Assembly (NCBI RefSeq): GCF_964355755.1
Contig: NC_092678.1
Coordinates: 3,984,422-4,048,421 of the forward strand
Direction of reading: 5' to 3'
DNA length: 64,000 bases
Source: Antedon mediterranea
Taxonomy: Eukaryota; Animalia; Echinodermata
Positions 38,501-52,700 of this stretch are shown piece after piece (within the stretch, counting starts at the first letter, position 1; the number at the start of each line of letters is the position of its first letter). The translations under genes and the position numbers were made by a program. Below the pieces are notes generated by a model, which worked only from the letters and a program-made list of their open reading frames with translations, was not told where the DNA came from and searched no databases.

Positions 38501-40979
38501 TGCGTGTCTTCTTTTCGATAATTTCCATTGTGTGGACGTTGTCATGTAGAGCCGAGCGGATTGATTATACGCATTCGACCATAATATAATTCGTGCATGC
38601 TCAAACAATGCTAATAATAATTTTGTTATCAAAATGGAACATTCCATTTTTACAACAGGGTTATTAATAAGATTTAAATGAAGCTAGTTTAATGTAATTA
38701 TGTTGATTATGTTAATGGTATGATTGCATTAAGATTACGTTGACCATCTTTACTTATTACTATACTATCAATAAAATTCTTTCTTCTCAGAAAATCACAA
38801 ATAAATATGCATTTAATGTTCATTTTCAAATAATTAAGCACATTTTTCAAGTTAAATCAAAAGTCAAATACCCTCTTTTCAAAATAGTTTTTATCTCAAC
38901 AAATTGTCGCATTACATATTGAAATTTGTAACATTATGCATACATAATTTTATAATATAAAAATCCATATCTGAAAGCTTATAACTTCCAACAATGCATT
39001 ACTATTTTATAAAAATTTGTATTGGATAGATATGATACAAAAATTGATATGATTGTCAAAAGAATTTTAGTATTATGACTCTATAAAACATTTGTTAATT
39101 CATATTAGTTTGGTATCAATTTTACTATTATTAAATGTGTCATTAATATTGACTTGATACAGTATATTTCATACATTTTACACTTTTACTACATTTTACT
39201 ACTTTGTAGAATTATTATCTAAACAGTATATTTAATCAGTATTATTCTTGTAAATTTAATGTGTAATACTATCTATTGATTTTTATATGAAACTGAATAT
39301 TGTATTTAACATATTAATAATAGTTGTTAGTATTGAAATGCTTGGTTAGAAAACCGAGCATTGTCATCTTTTATCAGACTTGTGTTTTTAGCAGTTTTTT
39401 CCTATTTTAATCAGTGTTATAACCTATTGAGTAATGTATGAATCTTAATGTTGTATGAAACAGTTTCATTTTTAATTTATTTTACATAAATCATGTTAAA
39501 CATTTACTCTTCTGCAATATGAATCATAGTATATAGTAAATCCAATAATAATAATTAATTATAGCCTCTCTGTTATTACGGCTGGCAACAAAGATTATTG
39601 CTTCAAACATATGCCATTTCTTTCAAACTTTTGAATAATATTCTAATAATCTCTTTTTAATATCAGATGATTGTGGTGTAATATTTCATATGAAAATTTG
39701 ATTTATTAATAATTATTGAAAAACCTAAATTCAACTTTTTTTTTTCAGCTTGATTAAGGTAAGCATTATTGTAAAGTTATTTTACTTTAAAAAAAAATGT
39801 GTGTTATTCACAGTTTGTTTACCTCAACATGAAAATGTGTGTATAGGTTGGAGTCTGATACTTTACACTCGCTGTGCTTTATCATAAATATGTATTCCAA
39901 TCTATAAATCATAAACGGCCCAATGAGAAAATATATAATGAGTGGAAAGGTCATTCCAAATGATACTCAAATTCTGGTCTTCTAATAGTCATTCTGTAGT
40001 TATTAAAAAATGAAAAATATTCCACTGTTGAGGCATTAATAAACGAAAAGTTCCATATAAACATCTTCAACATGATATGCAGCCATTTTATATCTTATAA
40101 GACTCTACAGTGATTCAGAAATGAGTCACAAACTTAAATTTATTATTATCAAAATTAGAAGAGGGACCATGCTTGGTGGAATTAAGATTACCATCCATTC
40201 TTAAACACCACTCTTGGGATAAAAAGGATTTAGCAGTTGCTCACAACTTAAGTCTTTATTTCAGAGTCCATCTAATTTGATATTTTCCTTTTGTTTTTTA
40301 AGAGAGTGTTATTTAATTGAATATGCCATTGTGTATTTAGTGTAATCAAGATACTGTGATATCAAGATTTTTTTTAAGTAGTACAATGTCACTTAAAATT
40401 TATATTGTAAACCTTTAAAAATAGTGTTGTATCTTCAATACTATTATTTATCTTCAAATTTTGTAAAATAATATTAATTTACACTAAATAGGGGTTATCA
40501 GTTACAGCTAGAAAAAAACAATTGGCTCATACAAGGTAAGCATGAACTATTTTTGTTTACCATTGATGAAATTAAATATAAAAAAAATTTACCCCCGATA
40601 TTGGTGTTGCTGGAACCGTAGTGACGTCATCTTGAGGACTCAAATCCAGAACTTCCAACTTTCTCTGTGGTTTTCTAACACTGCCTTGGTTTGCAATAAC
40701 TGAAAATGACCTCTTCTTTTCTTTCAGTGGTGAATCTCCTGATGCCTCCGAGTACCGTCCTCTGCTGATGTTTGAAGGTGTTGAAGGACCATGTCGATGA
40801 ATAAGTGGCGAGCTCTCTGGACCGTGGAATTCTATTTCATCATCTCTATCCCGAGGATTAAGTGGTTGTATATCTCCTAACTCAAAACGTCTTCGAACAT
40901 CTAATGTTGCTCTGTTAGATGGATCATCATGAAGCGATGCTTCTGCAAGAGGACTTGCATGCCCTTCACTGTCTTCCAT
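35600..40979 (-). CDS. NINJ: Ninjurin family protein, 2 coding exons, ~247 aa with a long N-terminal extension
   Basis: Exon 40979-40593 (129 codons, donor gtaaat) splices in phase 0 to 35956-35600. The second exon encodes NPQPRPIDYNAYATKKTIAEGLLDVSLLLANASQLKVLIIQGPSYHFY plus two hydrophobic helices (LSFILQIAVGVILL; LDKLNNWATALIFLILIINVFIGAF), the ninjurin signature. Assignment of exon 1 is inferred. Confidence 0.88.
37124..37444 (-). mobile_element. tRNA-derived SINE in the ninjurin intron
   Basis: Minus strand shows an A-box-like TGGCGCAGTGTG and a B-box GGTTCGAATCC (37391-37381). The central region reads ctctctccacccaggtgtataaatgggtacc. The LINE-like 3' tail gggcgctatataaat ends in (ATT)n. 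Confidence 0.85.
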
Positions 40980-42789
40980 TAGAAACTGGTGATATCAGAA
41001 ATATATTATAATATATACTTTTCCAAGATATCAAAAATATTCCTTAAACTTTTATCATTCCATATGTCGCTCTACTGAGTAGGCATATATGTCAGTATTC
41101 CATAACTTTGTATGAAGAAAAGGTCAATAAATTTCCTTCACAACACATAACCACTGATGCATTCAAAAATAAATTGCTGTGAGTCTCAAAAAAGCTGAAT
41201 ACACTTCCTCCGGTCGCAGTAAACAGACAGTTTCACAGTAGGCATGTAGTGTTTGTCTTCAACTCTCCAAACATACAGCTCTCTCTTAGTGTGAAATCCA
41301 ATAAACCGAATCAATTTCCAGCTCTATGATCATGCTATAGCCTAACACATCCACGCTATTCCAATTAGCAGACTGTAATTCATCAGTGTTTATTGGAGCC
41401 AGTCTGCTGCCATCTATCAGCTAATCAATTGTTAACTTGATTGTTGAACGCTTCCATTGATGTTTGAAATTAATAGTCTTTTGTACTTAATTGTCAACGA
41501 GAACAGCTGGTGGTAACAAGTTAAGCTTCATATGTACAGTAAATTATGGGCCTATATCAATCAACAACTTATTTTGCATTTGGTTCCAAAAGCTAGTTAA
41601 AATAAATCTTAATGGAAAATGATTCAAAAAATATATCTGAAGGCCAAAAATTGTAAAAGTCAACTTCGTGAAGATTTAAATATTTGTTTAGACCACAGAT
41701 AATAGAAAAATATTCTCAAAGATGAATGATATAGTCAATTAAAGAACAAAATGTCTGTTATTGTCCTGATAAAATCCTCACATTGTCCAGTTAGAGTAAT
41801 TTAAATAAAAAACAAAGTACCTTATCTATAATATAATCTTTTTTTCCTAAAACCCTTTTCAAATTAGCATTCCCAAGTACCAAATGAAAATTTTACAATA
41901 ATTTGGTTTTAAATTATTAATTTCTATTTTAAATTTCCAAAATTGATTGATAAGGCGTTTTTCAGATGAGGCGCGATTTCACAAAAAAAATCAATTATTC
42001 ATTTGTCGATTGATTTGCTTTGTCCAGAAGAATTGATAGGACAGGATATATACAAACAACATTTTTTGTTTTATATAAATGTTCAATGGTTTAATAATAG
42101 AACTATTGCATTTTTATATTTCATTAATTTTACTTTTTTTTGTTTCTTGGCCTTTGCCAGAAACAATAATGGGTTACTCAAGCTGAAGTCTTTATTATCA
42201 ATGAAAAAGCTGGCAGGCACCCAAAAAGTAATAATAATCCTACTGTTTATGATGATTACAAATTTTGTTTCCATCATTATTGATTCAATGTTAAACAGGC
42301 CAGCTAACTATTCCAAACATGTAATAAAATAAAAAATTAAAAAAAATATTTTTAAATATTAATTTTGTTTTTTATTATAAAAAAATAAAATATAAATATT
42401 TATAATATGTACTATTTTCACATCATTTTCAATTCGTGCATGCAGTTTCTTTACTCAACATTGGTGTTACACATGCAAATACCCTTGAAATTTATATAGG
42501 GTTACTTGGTTCCTTCAGCAGATGTTCCCTCCAAAAGTTACTGGTTCCATCCACTCCCATCCAGTCCTTTATGCGGTTGAATGCACAAGAGATAAGGCAT
42601 TAATTGATATATGTGAGGTGAAAAGTTTAATTGATGTCATGACTAAATAATCAATTCAATAATTATAATTAACATTCGTATTTAGTTATGCAATATAATA
42701 TTAATTATGTTATTTATGAAAACAGAGTTTAATTAGAAAAAAAAACGAACATTTGTAAGAATTCTATTATTAGAAAATTACGTAATGAA

Positions 42790-43210
42790 ATAGATCGCGT
42801 ATCCTTCCGCAAATTTCAATTCCAGACGATAGAGGGCCAGGTCACGCTGGTACATTTTGTGAAGAAAGGGTTGTTGTTGTTCATCAGAGAGGTCTGCCAT
42901 GCAAATTTATTGTGTATGGAGCGATAGGATACGAACGGTTGTTATACGAGCAAATACGGAACAAGAAAAACCGCTCCCCAAAGCGGGCAAAGGCGGTAAC
43001 CGCCCTTTCGACTTGGATTTTTCGAAAGTATTTGGTTAAGTTATGTAGAGTTCCATTTTAAGACATATAAATTCTATTGGAAATTGAGAAAATACGACAT
43101 TTTCATCGTCAACCCGGAAGTGGAGGTAAAGGTCTAGCCTTTCGTTTTTGAATGGACACAGCCTTGGCTGCTGGGAGAAGGTGGTAGGCTATCCATCGTA
43201 TCGAACACAT
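42790..43210. promoter_or_regulatory. CpG-enriched candidate divergent promoter between ninjurin and WNK
   Basis: Local CpG enrichment, an ETS motif CCGGAAGT at 43114, and a small GC hairpin aaaggcggtaaccgcccttt near 42988. Confidence 0.45.
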
Positions 43211-43794
43211 CGCTTGGTTCTTTGCTTTTTAATGCTGTAAAAATGCTGTTTATATGATAATTTTTAAGCTGTTTTACATATAACCCGACGCAGGAAGGTT
43301 ACGGAATTTATATTACGTTGGTTTTCGTGTTGATTTTCTCATTGGAATATTTTTAATTTATTTTTAAAAAGATGTCTTGATTTTCGTTATGGCAGTGAAG
43401 GTAGTTGGCTGGTTTCAGGTCAACACGGTTCACCGTGTTGATAGTGGTGGACTCCCACGTTGGCAGTCCACTTGCGCAAGAATCGTCTTCAACGTTTAGG
43501 ATTCATTTGCTGAGGACTCATTATTTTGAGTCATTAATTATTAGTACGGACATTACATTGTACTCAAACATGAGGGTTTAACAAAGGGTCCAAAAGGATC
43601 TGTATATTAAAAAGTCCGTATTAATAATAAACAAAATAATAGGCTAGAATTCTTTAATTCCTAGCCACACACCCGAAGGCCTTTTACTTTATGATACATT
43701 ATTATTGCCTGTTGGTAATTAATATAACCAGATTTAATCAAAATAGGCCCAGAGATCCTTTAACTATAGACTAGTAAAAGGAGATAGATATACA

Positions 43795-46700
43795 ATGAAT
43801 GAAAATCCTAAACAGCAAGGAAATAAAAGCATGTCAAATGGCATTGCATTACAAGAGGAAGACAGAATTACCGGAGGGGGTAAATCTGCCAAGGAAATAG
43901 TGAACCAGCTTCCGCATTTAAATGGCAGTGGAGCTGTCCACCGTCATTCACTCGAAAGCAACGGTGAATCAACAATGGTGCTAGAACACTCAATAGAAAG
44001 TGCAGAATTGAAAAATGACAAATCCTTAACGTTGGTGACTAGTGCGTTAAAGAGCGAGAATGGTGCAAGAAAAACAAACAAATCTGTTATGATAACAGAA
44101 CCTGAGGAGGTAATAGCAAAGCGTCAACAGGAGAAAATTGAAAAAGAGCAGCAACATTTCAAAGATAAAGAAGTGCAAGAAAAACAGAATATTAACCCAT
44201 TGGAAGAAAAAACAGACAAACTGAATGGAGAGTCTGTTAAAGGAACCGAGAAATTTGTAGAAAGAACTGCTTGTCTAGATGAAGATATTGGATCAAATAA
44301 TGTTGCTAATAATACTACTGCTGCTGAAAATAATGTAAATGAAGGACAAGAAACATCAAAGCAAGGTGAAGATGAGTTGAAAGAAGAGAAGGAGGAAAAA
44401 GCTGTCGCTGTTTCTCCTTGTGGACGCTTCATGAAGTTTGACATTGAGGTTGGTAGAGGTGCTTTCAAAACTGTATACAAAGGTTTAGATGCAGAGACTG
44501 GAGTTGCTGTTGCCTGGTGCGAAATGCAGGTTAGTTATAAAGAAAGAACTTGGGTCTTTTGTACTGTGTATTTTCAATAATAAACTTTATTTAAAAATTT
44601 CAAATCATTGCATTGCACTACTGTACATTTAAAATCCAATTTTTATTTTAAGAAGTTCAATATAAATTTGCAACTGTTAGTCTGCTGCATCTCTAAAACA
44701 CTTGATAATATTTGAAATAATAACGATAAATTAAAAAAAAATTGTTTTCCGTCTGAGTTTATTTTCATTAATTTATTCTACTGTAAAAAAGATCTTTTAT
44801 TTTCTGATCACAGATCAGCATAATTTTTTTATCGTGATAAAGGAAAATATTCATTAGCCATAAAAAATATTTATATTGAATAACCACAAATATTCTTTCA
44901 TGTAAAAGACGAGAGTAATCCATTTTCTTAAAATTCAATTAATAATTTTTTTAAATCAAATTCTGACATATTTTGACATAAGAAAGTACATTGAAATTGG
45001 ATATAGACTAATGGAGGAAATAGTTCGTCTGACCACTTGTAATTAGTGAAACTGGTTTATATAAATAATAAAAACCAAACATTATTATCAGGTGATTATT
45101 GGTTTCACTAAAGACACTTTCTTGGAAATCAAACCAAATGTTGTTAAGACAGGTGTAAAGTAAAAAAAAAAACATTGAATATACAGTAACAAAGAAGTAC
45201 AGTTGCAAAAATATAAAAATCTTGCAAAAGCATTTAATTCATTTCTGTACTTGCAAACAGTAATTATATTGTAAACTAATATAAAAGTCTAATTGATTGA
45301 TGTTTTTCTTTGTAAGCTGTTCCTATGTTAGAAAAAACAAAATACATTTCCACAAAAAAATAATTATTATTACAGTTCAGTAGTTAAGAGAACAGGGTAT
45401 TTAAGGAAAAGACTAAAATAGAACGGAAAGGAAGTAAACCCCTTCCGGTATAAATTCAGGTTTACAGGACATTAATTATTTAGGTGTGCCAAGTGGAACA
45501 ACTAAAAAGTTGTTTATATTTAAAAGTAAAATCTATTATTCAGACTTTATACTGTAGTTGCAAAACTGACAGTTAACTGTACTGTACATAAGGAGGTTAA
45601 TGTGGTTATATACTGTACAGTAGTAAGGAGGTTAATGTTTCTGTCTAAACTAATTCATCAACAAGATTTGTTTTTACATTCAATTTTTTTTGTTGGTCAG
45701 CTGGAACTTGGAAGTGGTCATTTGATCACAACCAAATGGTTTAGCTTGACATTTAACTCAAAACCACATCCCACATTTGGCAAAATATTCACCACATCCT
45801 AGGTGGAAAAAGCCATAAAACCTTTGAACTCGAAGAAAAGTAAAAGTATTTACAAACATAAATTAATACATGCATGTATTATTTACTATATTTAAATTAA
45901 TCAGAAACTGATGTTGCAATGCCCAACAAAGCAATTTAGATTTAATTGTAGTTACAGTACCATCAGTACGTATTATAAGTTAGATAATTACTGTAATTTT
46001 ACATACTGTACTGTAGTATACAGTACTACAGGTACTGAGTTAGCATACCTTCATTTAAGTCATGAAAATGGTGCATAAGGTAAATAAAGTTAGTACAAAA
46101 ACTGTAAATGGAAGCATGTTTATTTCTTAAATATTTATACTGTACCTTTAATTGTTCCTTTTTGTGATTTTATTGTTTTAAAAATAATTCAATCAATAAC
46201 TAAATTTGTATTTTCTTATGTAGGAACGAAAATTGTCAAAAGCAGATCGCCAGCGTTTCAAAGAAGAAGCCGAAATGTTGAAAGGACTAAGTCACCCAAA
46301 CATCGTGAGCTTTTACGATTACTGGGAGGCTATGTTTGAGACATCTACTGGTGCAAGGCGGAAACATATTGTCTTGGTTACAGAGCTCATGACATCTGGC
46401 ACGCTCAAAACGTATGTTGTGGTGTGGTCAGAAACTTTATTTAAATACATACATAAATCCAAAGACAAATTATTGAAAATAATGACTGTGGGTATCAGTG
46501 GCTGGATCTCAATGGAGATGCAAAATAAAATAAGATAAATCAAAACGATGAAGTAAACCAGCCAGAAAAAGTAGCAGAGCATATACATTATTTAAATCTA
46601 GTTTTAATAAAAGTATAACAAACTTGGTGTAAAATTTATTATACAGTTATGTGAAATACTTGTAATAATTTTTTAAACAACAGATACTTGAGACGATTTA

Positions 46701-49700
46701 AAGTTCCGAAAATAAAGATGTTGCGAGGATGGTGCAAGCAAATCTTAAAAGGTCTTCATTTCTTCCACACAAGACAACCACCTATCATTCACAGAGACTT
46801 AAAGTGTGACAACATTTTCATCACTGGTACATCGGGTTCGGTGAAAATTGGCGACTTGGGCTTAGCCACTCTCAAGAAAAACTCCTTTGCTAAAAGTGTC
46901 ATAGGTAAGAAACTTTAATTTTGTTATTTCTTGTCTAATTTTTTTTGTTTGAATGACAATATTGACTGGGGTTTGTTGCATCATGGTTAAGTCTTGAACG
47001 TAGGTTGAGTCAGATCCACTCAAAGTCACCTTCAAAATTGAGCTGAACCCTGATCAGACAAACTCTAGTCTAATTTAGTCATTTTGTATCTATCACATGC
47101 ATACGTTACAATTGCACATGTTTTGCACTATTCAAGTGTAGCCATGTCTATTACAAGGATCAAAAGGGTGATTAATGGACCAATTGTACAATCTTGGGTT
47201 TACTACTGTATATTATATATATTTGGTTATTATTTATCCCATGTTTCAATTAACAGGTAACCTATGCATGTGATATATCGTTTATCTTAATGTGTATAGC
47301 AGTTGCTTTTCAGGGTTCCCTCAGATTGGTTTCATCTATTTTGTAAGGTATGCAATTTGGATAAAAACTATATTACATTTAACATTACATGATGACATAA
47401 CAGTATTCCACTTGCTATCTTGCGTCTTAATGTAACATGTTGTTGGGATATCTACAGTGTTACATTTTATATTATCTTATCAACAAATTATGTGAGAAAA
47501 TACACATATATTCCACTAATTAAATAAAAAAAAAATTGACATTTGAAATGTATTTACATATATAAACAATATATTTTTACATTGACACATCACTAACACA
47601 AAATAAGGAGAAATTAATGAAACAGAGTTATCAATTGTTTGTTTATTTTTGTGTCAATTCATGAAAGCCTGAGGCTAGTTTGATCTTGCATATGTCGTGT
47701 GCGTAGTCTTTGCTATTTTATTATTTCCTGCAGTTACAAGGTACAAGTCAGTGTGGAAGAGCCAGGTAGGGAGAAGGGTTAACTTGTTTAGAGGAGTCGT
47801 CAGGGGTGTAGGCATACAGCTTTGAAACGTACCACTTTTAAAGGTCCAATTCAACGGAGATATTTCCATTATTTATGATAGCCAAATATTCTATTTTTAA
47901 TTCTTCCCCTTAGGACATAATTTATAAATTTATTAAGGACGAAATTAATTAAATAATTGACAGTGAATAAATGGTAATTGGCATACATTGGGTACAGCAT
48001 TAATAAAGAAAAGCATTTGCTGTCAATGTTTTTTCACTATTTTATAACGGAAATATTAAGTCTGTTGAGTGAACCTTTATTGTCTTTATTGGCGTGGAAA
48101 TAGGGACATTGTAATTGAACTAAATGACATGAAAGACTATGGTTTGTTAGTTGAGCTATTCATGTTGTGTTAAGTTGTCTGGTTGACTGCTGCATAGTCA
48201 TAATGTGTGTCATTAAAAATAAAGCTCCTGATTACAGTATTTCATAGTCTTTTGTGTTGTGTAGGTAATTGCAAACTCTCTACTGATGTAATCAGTAAGT
48301 TTATATCAAGATTTCAAGCTTAGGCCTAGACCTGAATACCTCTTGAAGACTCTGTAGCACTAACCCTACTCTTTCCTCTGGCTAACCGCCACTTCTCTCC
48401 CCAGCACTCAAACAGAATCCCACCAATCTTTGTATTTAAGGTACCCCCGAGTTTATGGCTCCTGAGATGTATGATGAACACTATGACGAGTCTGTAGATG
48501 TGTATGCATTTGGTATGTGCTTGCTAGAGATGGCGACGTCTGAATATCCGTACTCCGAGTGTCAAAATGCAGCTCAAATATACCGAAGAGTTACAACAGT
48601 AAGTTTAGGTTTAAATTTGAAATTGAATTTTAAATTTATGTAGTGAAGTATGAGACTCAGGTTGGGGAAAGTTTTGACAGTCCAGTCAAGGTCAGGTTTT
48701 TTTATAGTAATTAAATCATCAAAACTATTGTTATTCTCTGAAAATAAACTAAATAAGTGTATACTAGTTACTACTAGTTAATTAGTGTTACTTATTTTCT
48801 AATCTATGAAAATTAGTGGATTCCAAGGAAGTGTTGCGGTTGCGTGCGAATTTGCTAGTATGATTTTACATCTCACTGGGCAGTGGGATAAGTGACATAT
48901 TTAACACGTTGTAAGGCTAAGTGCAGGCTCTTAACATGCACTAGGGAAGCATGGAATCTACCGGCAATTGGTTGATTAATTTAGAATTTGTCGTTTTTTA
49001 TACCGAAGTTGTTGAAATATGTATGTGATGACTGGTTGTTTCAGCATTCATCAAATGTGTATTGAAGCATGCAATTAATTTGGATTGTAAATTAGAGGAA
49101 TCCTCCATAATTGTACCATCTCATTTTACTTTGGCCAAGTTTATTTTGCCTTCCACTATTTATTTAAAATGTAATTTTATTACTGTTGTCCTTTTTTTTT
49201 AGGGGATTAAGCCAGCGAGCTTTGAGAAAGTAAAATATACACAGATTAAGGAGATTATAGAAGGATGTACTCTATCAGATCATACAGCAAGGTAAACACT
49301 TTAAAATTGATTTATTTCCATATCACCACCATGCTGCTCCTTAACATACAACATACTCTAATCAATATCTGTATCAATTTTCAAACTATTCACATAATAC
49401 CAACTCTTCTAAAACACCACATATCCAACAACGCTATACATGCCTACCACATGCAAATATGTTTGGGTGCTAATGCAATTTGTACTCCAGAGTGGAATAT
49501 TTAGCGTGTTAGGTTCTGTTGTAGGAGTGAGGTTGTTTGTTTACGGGTTGAGTACTAACATGCATTAGCGTCTAAGGTTAAATGCGTGTGATATAGTTGT
49601 GTATATCGTTGTATGGATTGTGGCGTTTATTAAGACCTTATGATACAACATCATCCTTTAATTACATTTCATGAATACAAACAACATAATTGTTGAAATG

Positions 49701-52700
49701 ATTTAATCTATTGAAATAATAACATTTTGATAAATCAACCCATAACAAAACGATATTCAATAATAAATTTATATTTTGAGTTATATATTGAGTTGGATAT
49801 CAAGCTCACCATTTTAAATTGAGGAAGATTTGTTGATTCTTCTTATCTATTAATCAATGTGTGTTTGGTTAGGTGCATCAGACATGACGTAAAAGGCGTG
49901 ATTAATTACGATAACAATCTGATAAATGTGTACGTGTTTAGTTTTTGTATTTGACTGCTGCTACGCGTTAATTACATTATTAATTTTTTTGTTAATTTGT
50001 CTCTCATCATAATGAAATTAAGATTTTAGATTAAGTATATAAATAAAACTAGAGGAGGATAGTGAAACATTGACAAAAATCAGTGAAATGCAAATAATAC
50101 TTAACCTTTTAGTAAATTGATCTGAATTTTTTTATAAACTATACAATTGTGTAGATCCCTCACAGACGGAAGATGCTTTTTATGATCACAGCAGCTTTTA
50201 CATTAGGTTTCATACTCATTTCGCACAATGACACGATTAACAAAACCTATCATTACAAATGCCTCATTAATGTTTATTACTTTATTTTCCAAACCATTTT
50301 TGTACATCTGCACAATTTCACAGTCTTTCATTCTATCTAGTTTAGTATCCATCTCACACACCGATGTGTCGTGGCCGTTATTTTTAATTTCCAACATTGA
50401 TCGGGCCTGACATAAAAGTACATTTTCAATTGGATTTTGATAAATATTGCAGTGTTAGGTAGATCACAGTATTTGATACACTGTATATTTATCTTGTACC
50501 ACTGATATGTGACATTAAATTATGCGGCATGCGCCTCGCTTAATCGAAGGTCTCTGTCTGTTATTATCTGGTTCGAAGAAATCAATAATCTAAAAATATA
50601 TGTGCAGTACAGTATACAACAAATAATATAGAATAGGTTTGGAATGTATAAAAATATTCAGATCACGGGTGTAATGTTTTGTTTAATTAGAGAAGATTGA
50701 CCGATTTCTGACACTTGTTCAATAAAGTGTTATTTATTAAAGTTTCATACAGGTCAATATTGATATTGTAACTAAATTTTTATGATTGGAAATTAATCCC
50801 GATTTATGAGATAACATGAGAATATTACTTTTAAGCATTCTAAAGGCTCTATTGGTTTTAGGGCTCATATATACTGTCAAATGTGAATTCTGTTTCTGTA
50901 ATGATTTAAAATTCTTTTCTTTTTAGATTAGTACAGTTCTGTCTATCAATTTATATAGAGTTTCTCAAAGCGCTTTTCATGTGTAATTCTAGGTTGATGT
51001 TACTTGACACAGAAATAAGAGTATAGTTGTGAAATGTATGTAATGAATGTTGCAATGGTTAACATTGGCACGAACTCATGTAATATTCAGTACATTACGG
51101 ATGAAAACTTGAAATGATTGCTTGCTTCGCAACTGAAAAGGAAAAAACGCAATTTCATGTCCATTAGTATTAGTAACATAACATTTAAAACATAGTTGAT
51201 TCATAGGAATTTGTAATGTAATCTAAGATACTGTACGACTAGGATATTTTTGGTAGTTGAGGTTAAAGGTCAACATTAATAAACTAATGGTTTTCTTGCC
51301 ATAGAACTAGTCAGCCATTTATTACTATGTGCAGTAGTATTTAAAACATGTATTAAACAGACATCGTGGAGTTCCTGATTCAACACTTTTCTTTACAACA
51401 TAAAGTATTATTTTCAAAACTAGATAGAATAGAAACCGCTGAAAGAGTAGCTAATTTGTGATGGTTTTTTAAACAAATTATTTAAATTACTGCAGTCCCT
51501 TCCAAGAAACATTTTGAGTTTATTTTTAGAACAAAAGGATAGTTTTAATAATTTTTAGAAAATGTTGTTGATGTACAAACATTTTGTCAATTTGTGATGA
51601 TTTAAGTAAAAATGGGATGAGAATGTTTGTGTTATTTATCTTAAAAGCAGCATCTCTTTCTAAGAAACGTGTGCTAGAACTATTGTACAGTAGATACTTA
51701 AATTTAAGCTATTTCTGAATTTCTCAATTCTACTTTCAGTAGCTTCCTGTTCTTGATTTATGCCATATGGTCATATACATTTGTCAATCTATTAGCTGTT
51801 TAATAATAGAGGTTGAGCCTTTTGAGATCTTTTTTCCAATCCTGATATTTCGCCTCTATGCTGCTTATTTTTGAGGAATTAAGATTGAGTGTCAAGATAG
51901 CGCATAGTTTCAGCCCAATTTAAGTAGTTGAGAGTAGAATTTCTAAGGAAATCCACTCTAGGGTTTACCAATACCATAGAGATATTAGAATATCTCTATA
52001 GGTTTACCAATCTAACCACTAGGCTTATTTAAACACAATGTTAGTAAAAGTAGCAATATAATGTGTGGGCTTAGGCTAACCAACTCTGGGGACCAGAAAA
52101 ACTGATAGTATCGCAGAATAGCCTGAAACCATGTAACACAGCCTCCCAACATCTAGTATCAAGTAGCCAATAGTAGCCTAGTCATTCAACATCCTGTAAT
52201 AAACATTATGATGAAATGAATGCAAGATGTTATTCATGTTGTAATCATTGACAAGCTTAATGAAGTATGCTATGTCATAGGAAAACATTAACAACATGAT
52301 CTACGATGATATGACAGTAATTGGCAGCAATACTTGACATTGATGATAGTGGAGAGTAATGTCGTAATTCTCCTTTCTGAATATATAATGTTGCCTATCT
52401 CTGTATGTTGTTGTTGTTTCACTATGTATCACAGTATCATGTAGGCAGGATTTTGCTGGCTTAATATTTCTCCCACCTAAGTAAGACCCCTTTCTCAAGA
52501 GAAACATTTTTAACTTTTTAAAAGCTCTACTATTTTATAAAAAGTATCCTGGTACTAACTGTTTGGCAGAACTTCTAGAAAAATGACAACTTTCAGATTC
52601 GTTTAGAAATAAAGACCTTTAAATTTGATTGCTATAAGTATTTTAAGTATGTAAGTTTTATGAACAGAAACTTAGATTTTGTTGCCATTTGAAATTGAAT

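Noticed and set aside
42003-42332. 109-aa hydrophobic ORF between ninjurin and WNK
   Set aside because: Non-ATG start, AT-rich compositional bias and no recognisable motif.
42799-42806. GTATCCTT on the plus strand (possible U12 donor upstream of WNK)
   Set aside because: I found no matching U12 branch point or acceptor before the WNK start. Probably chance.
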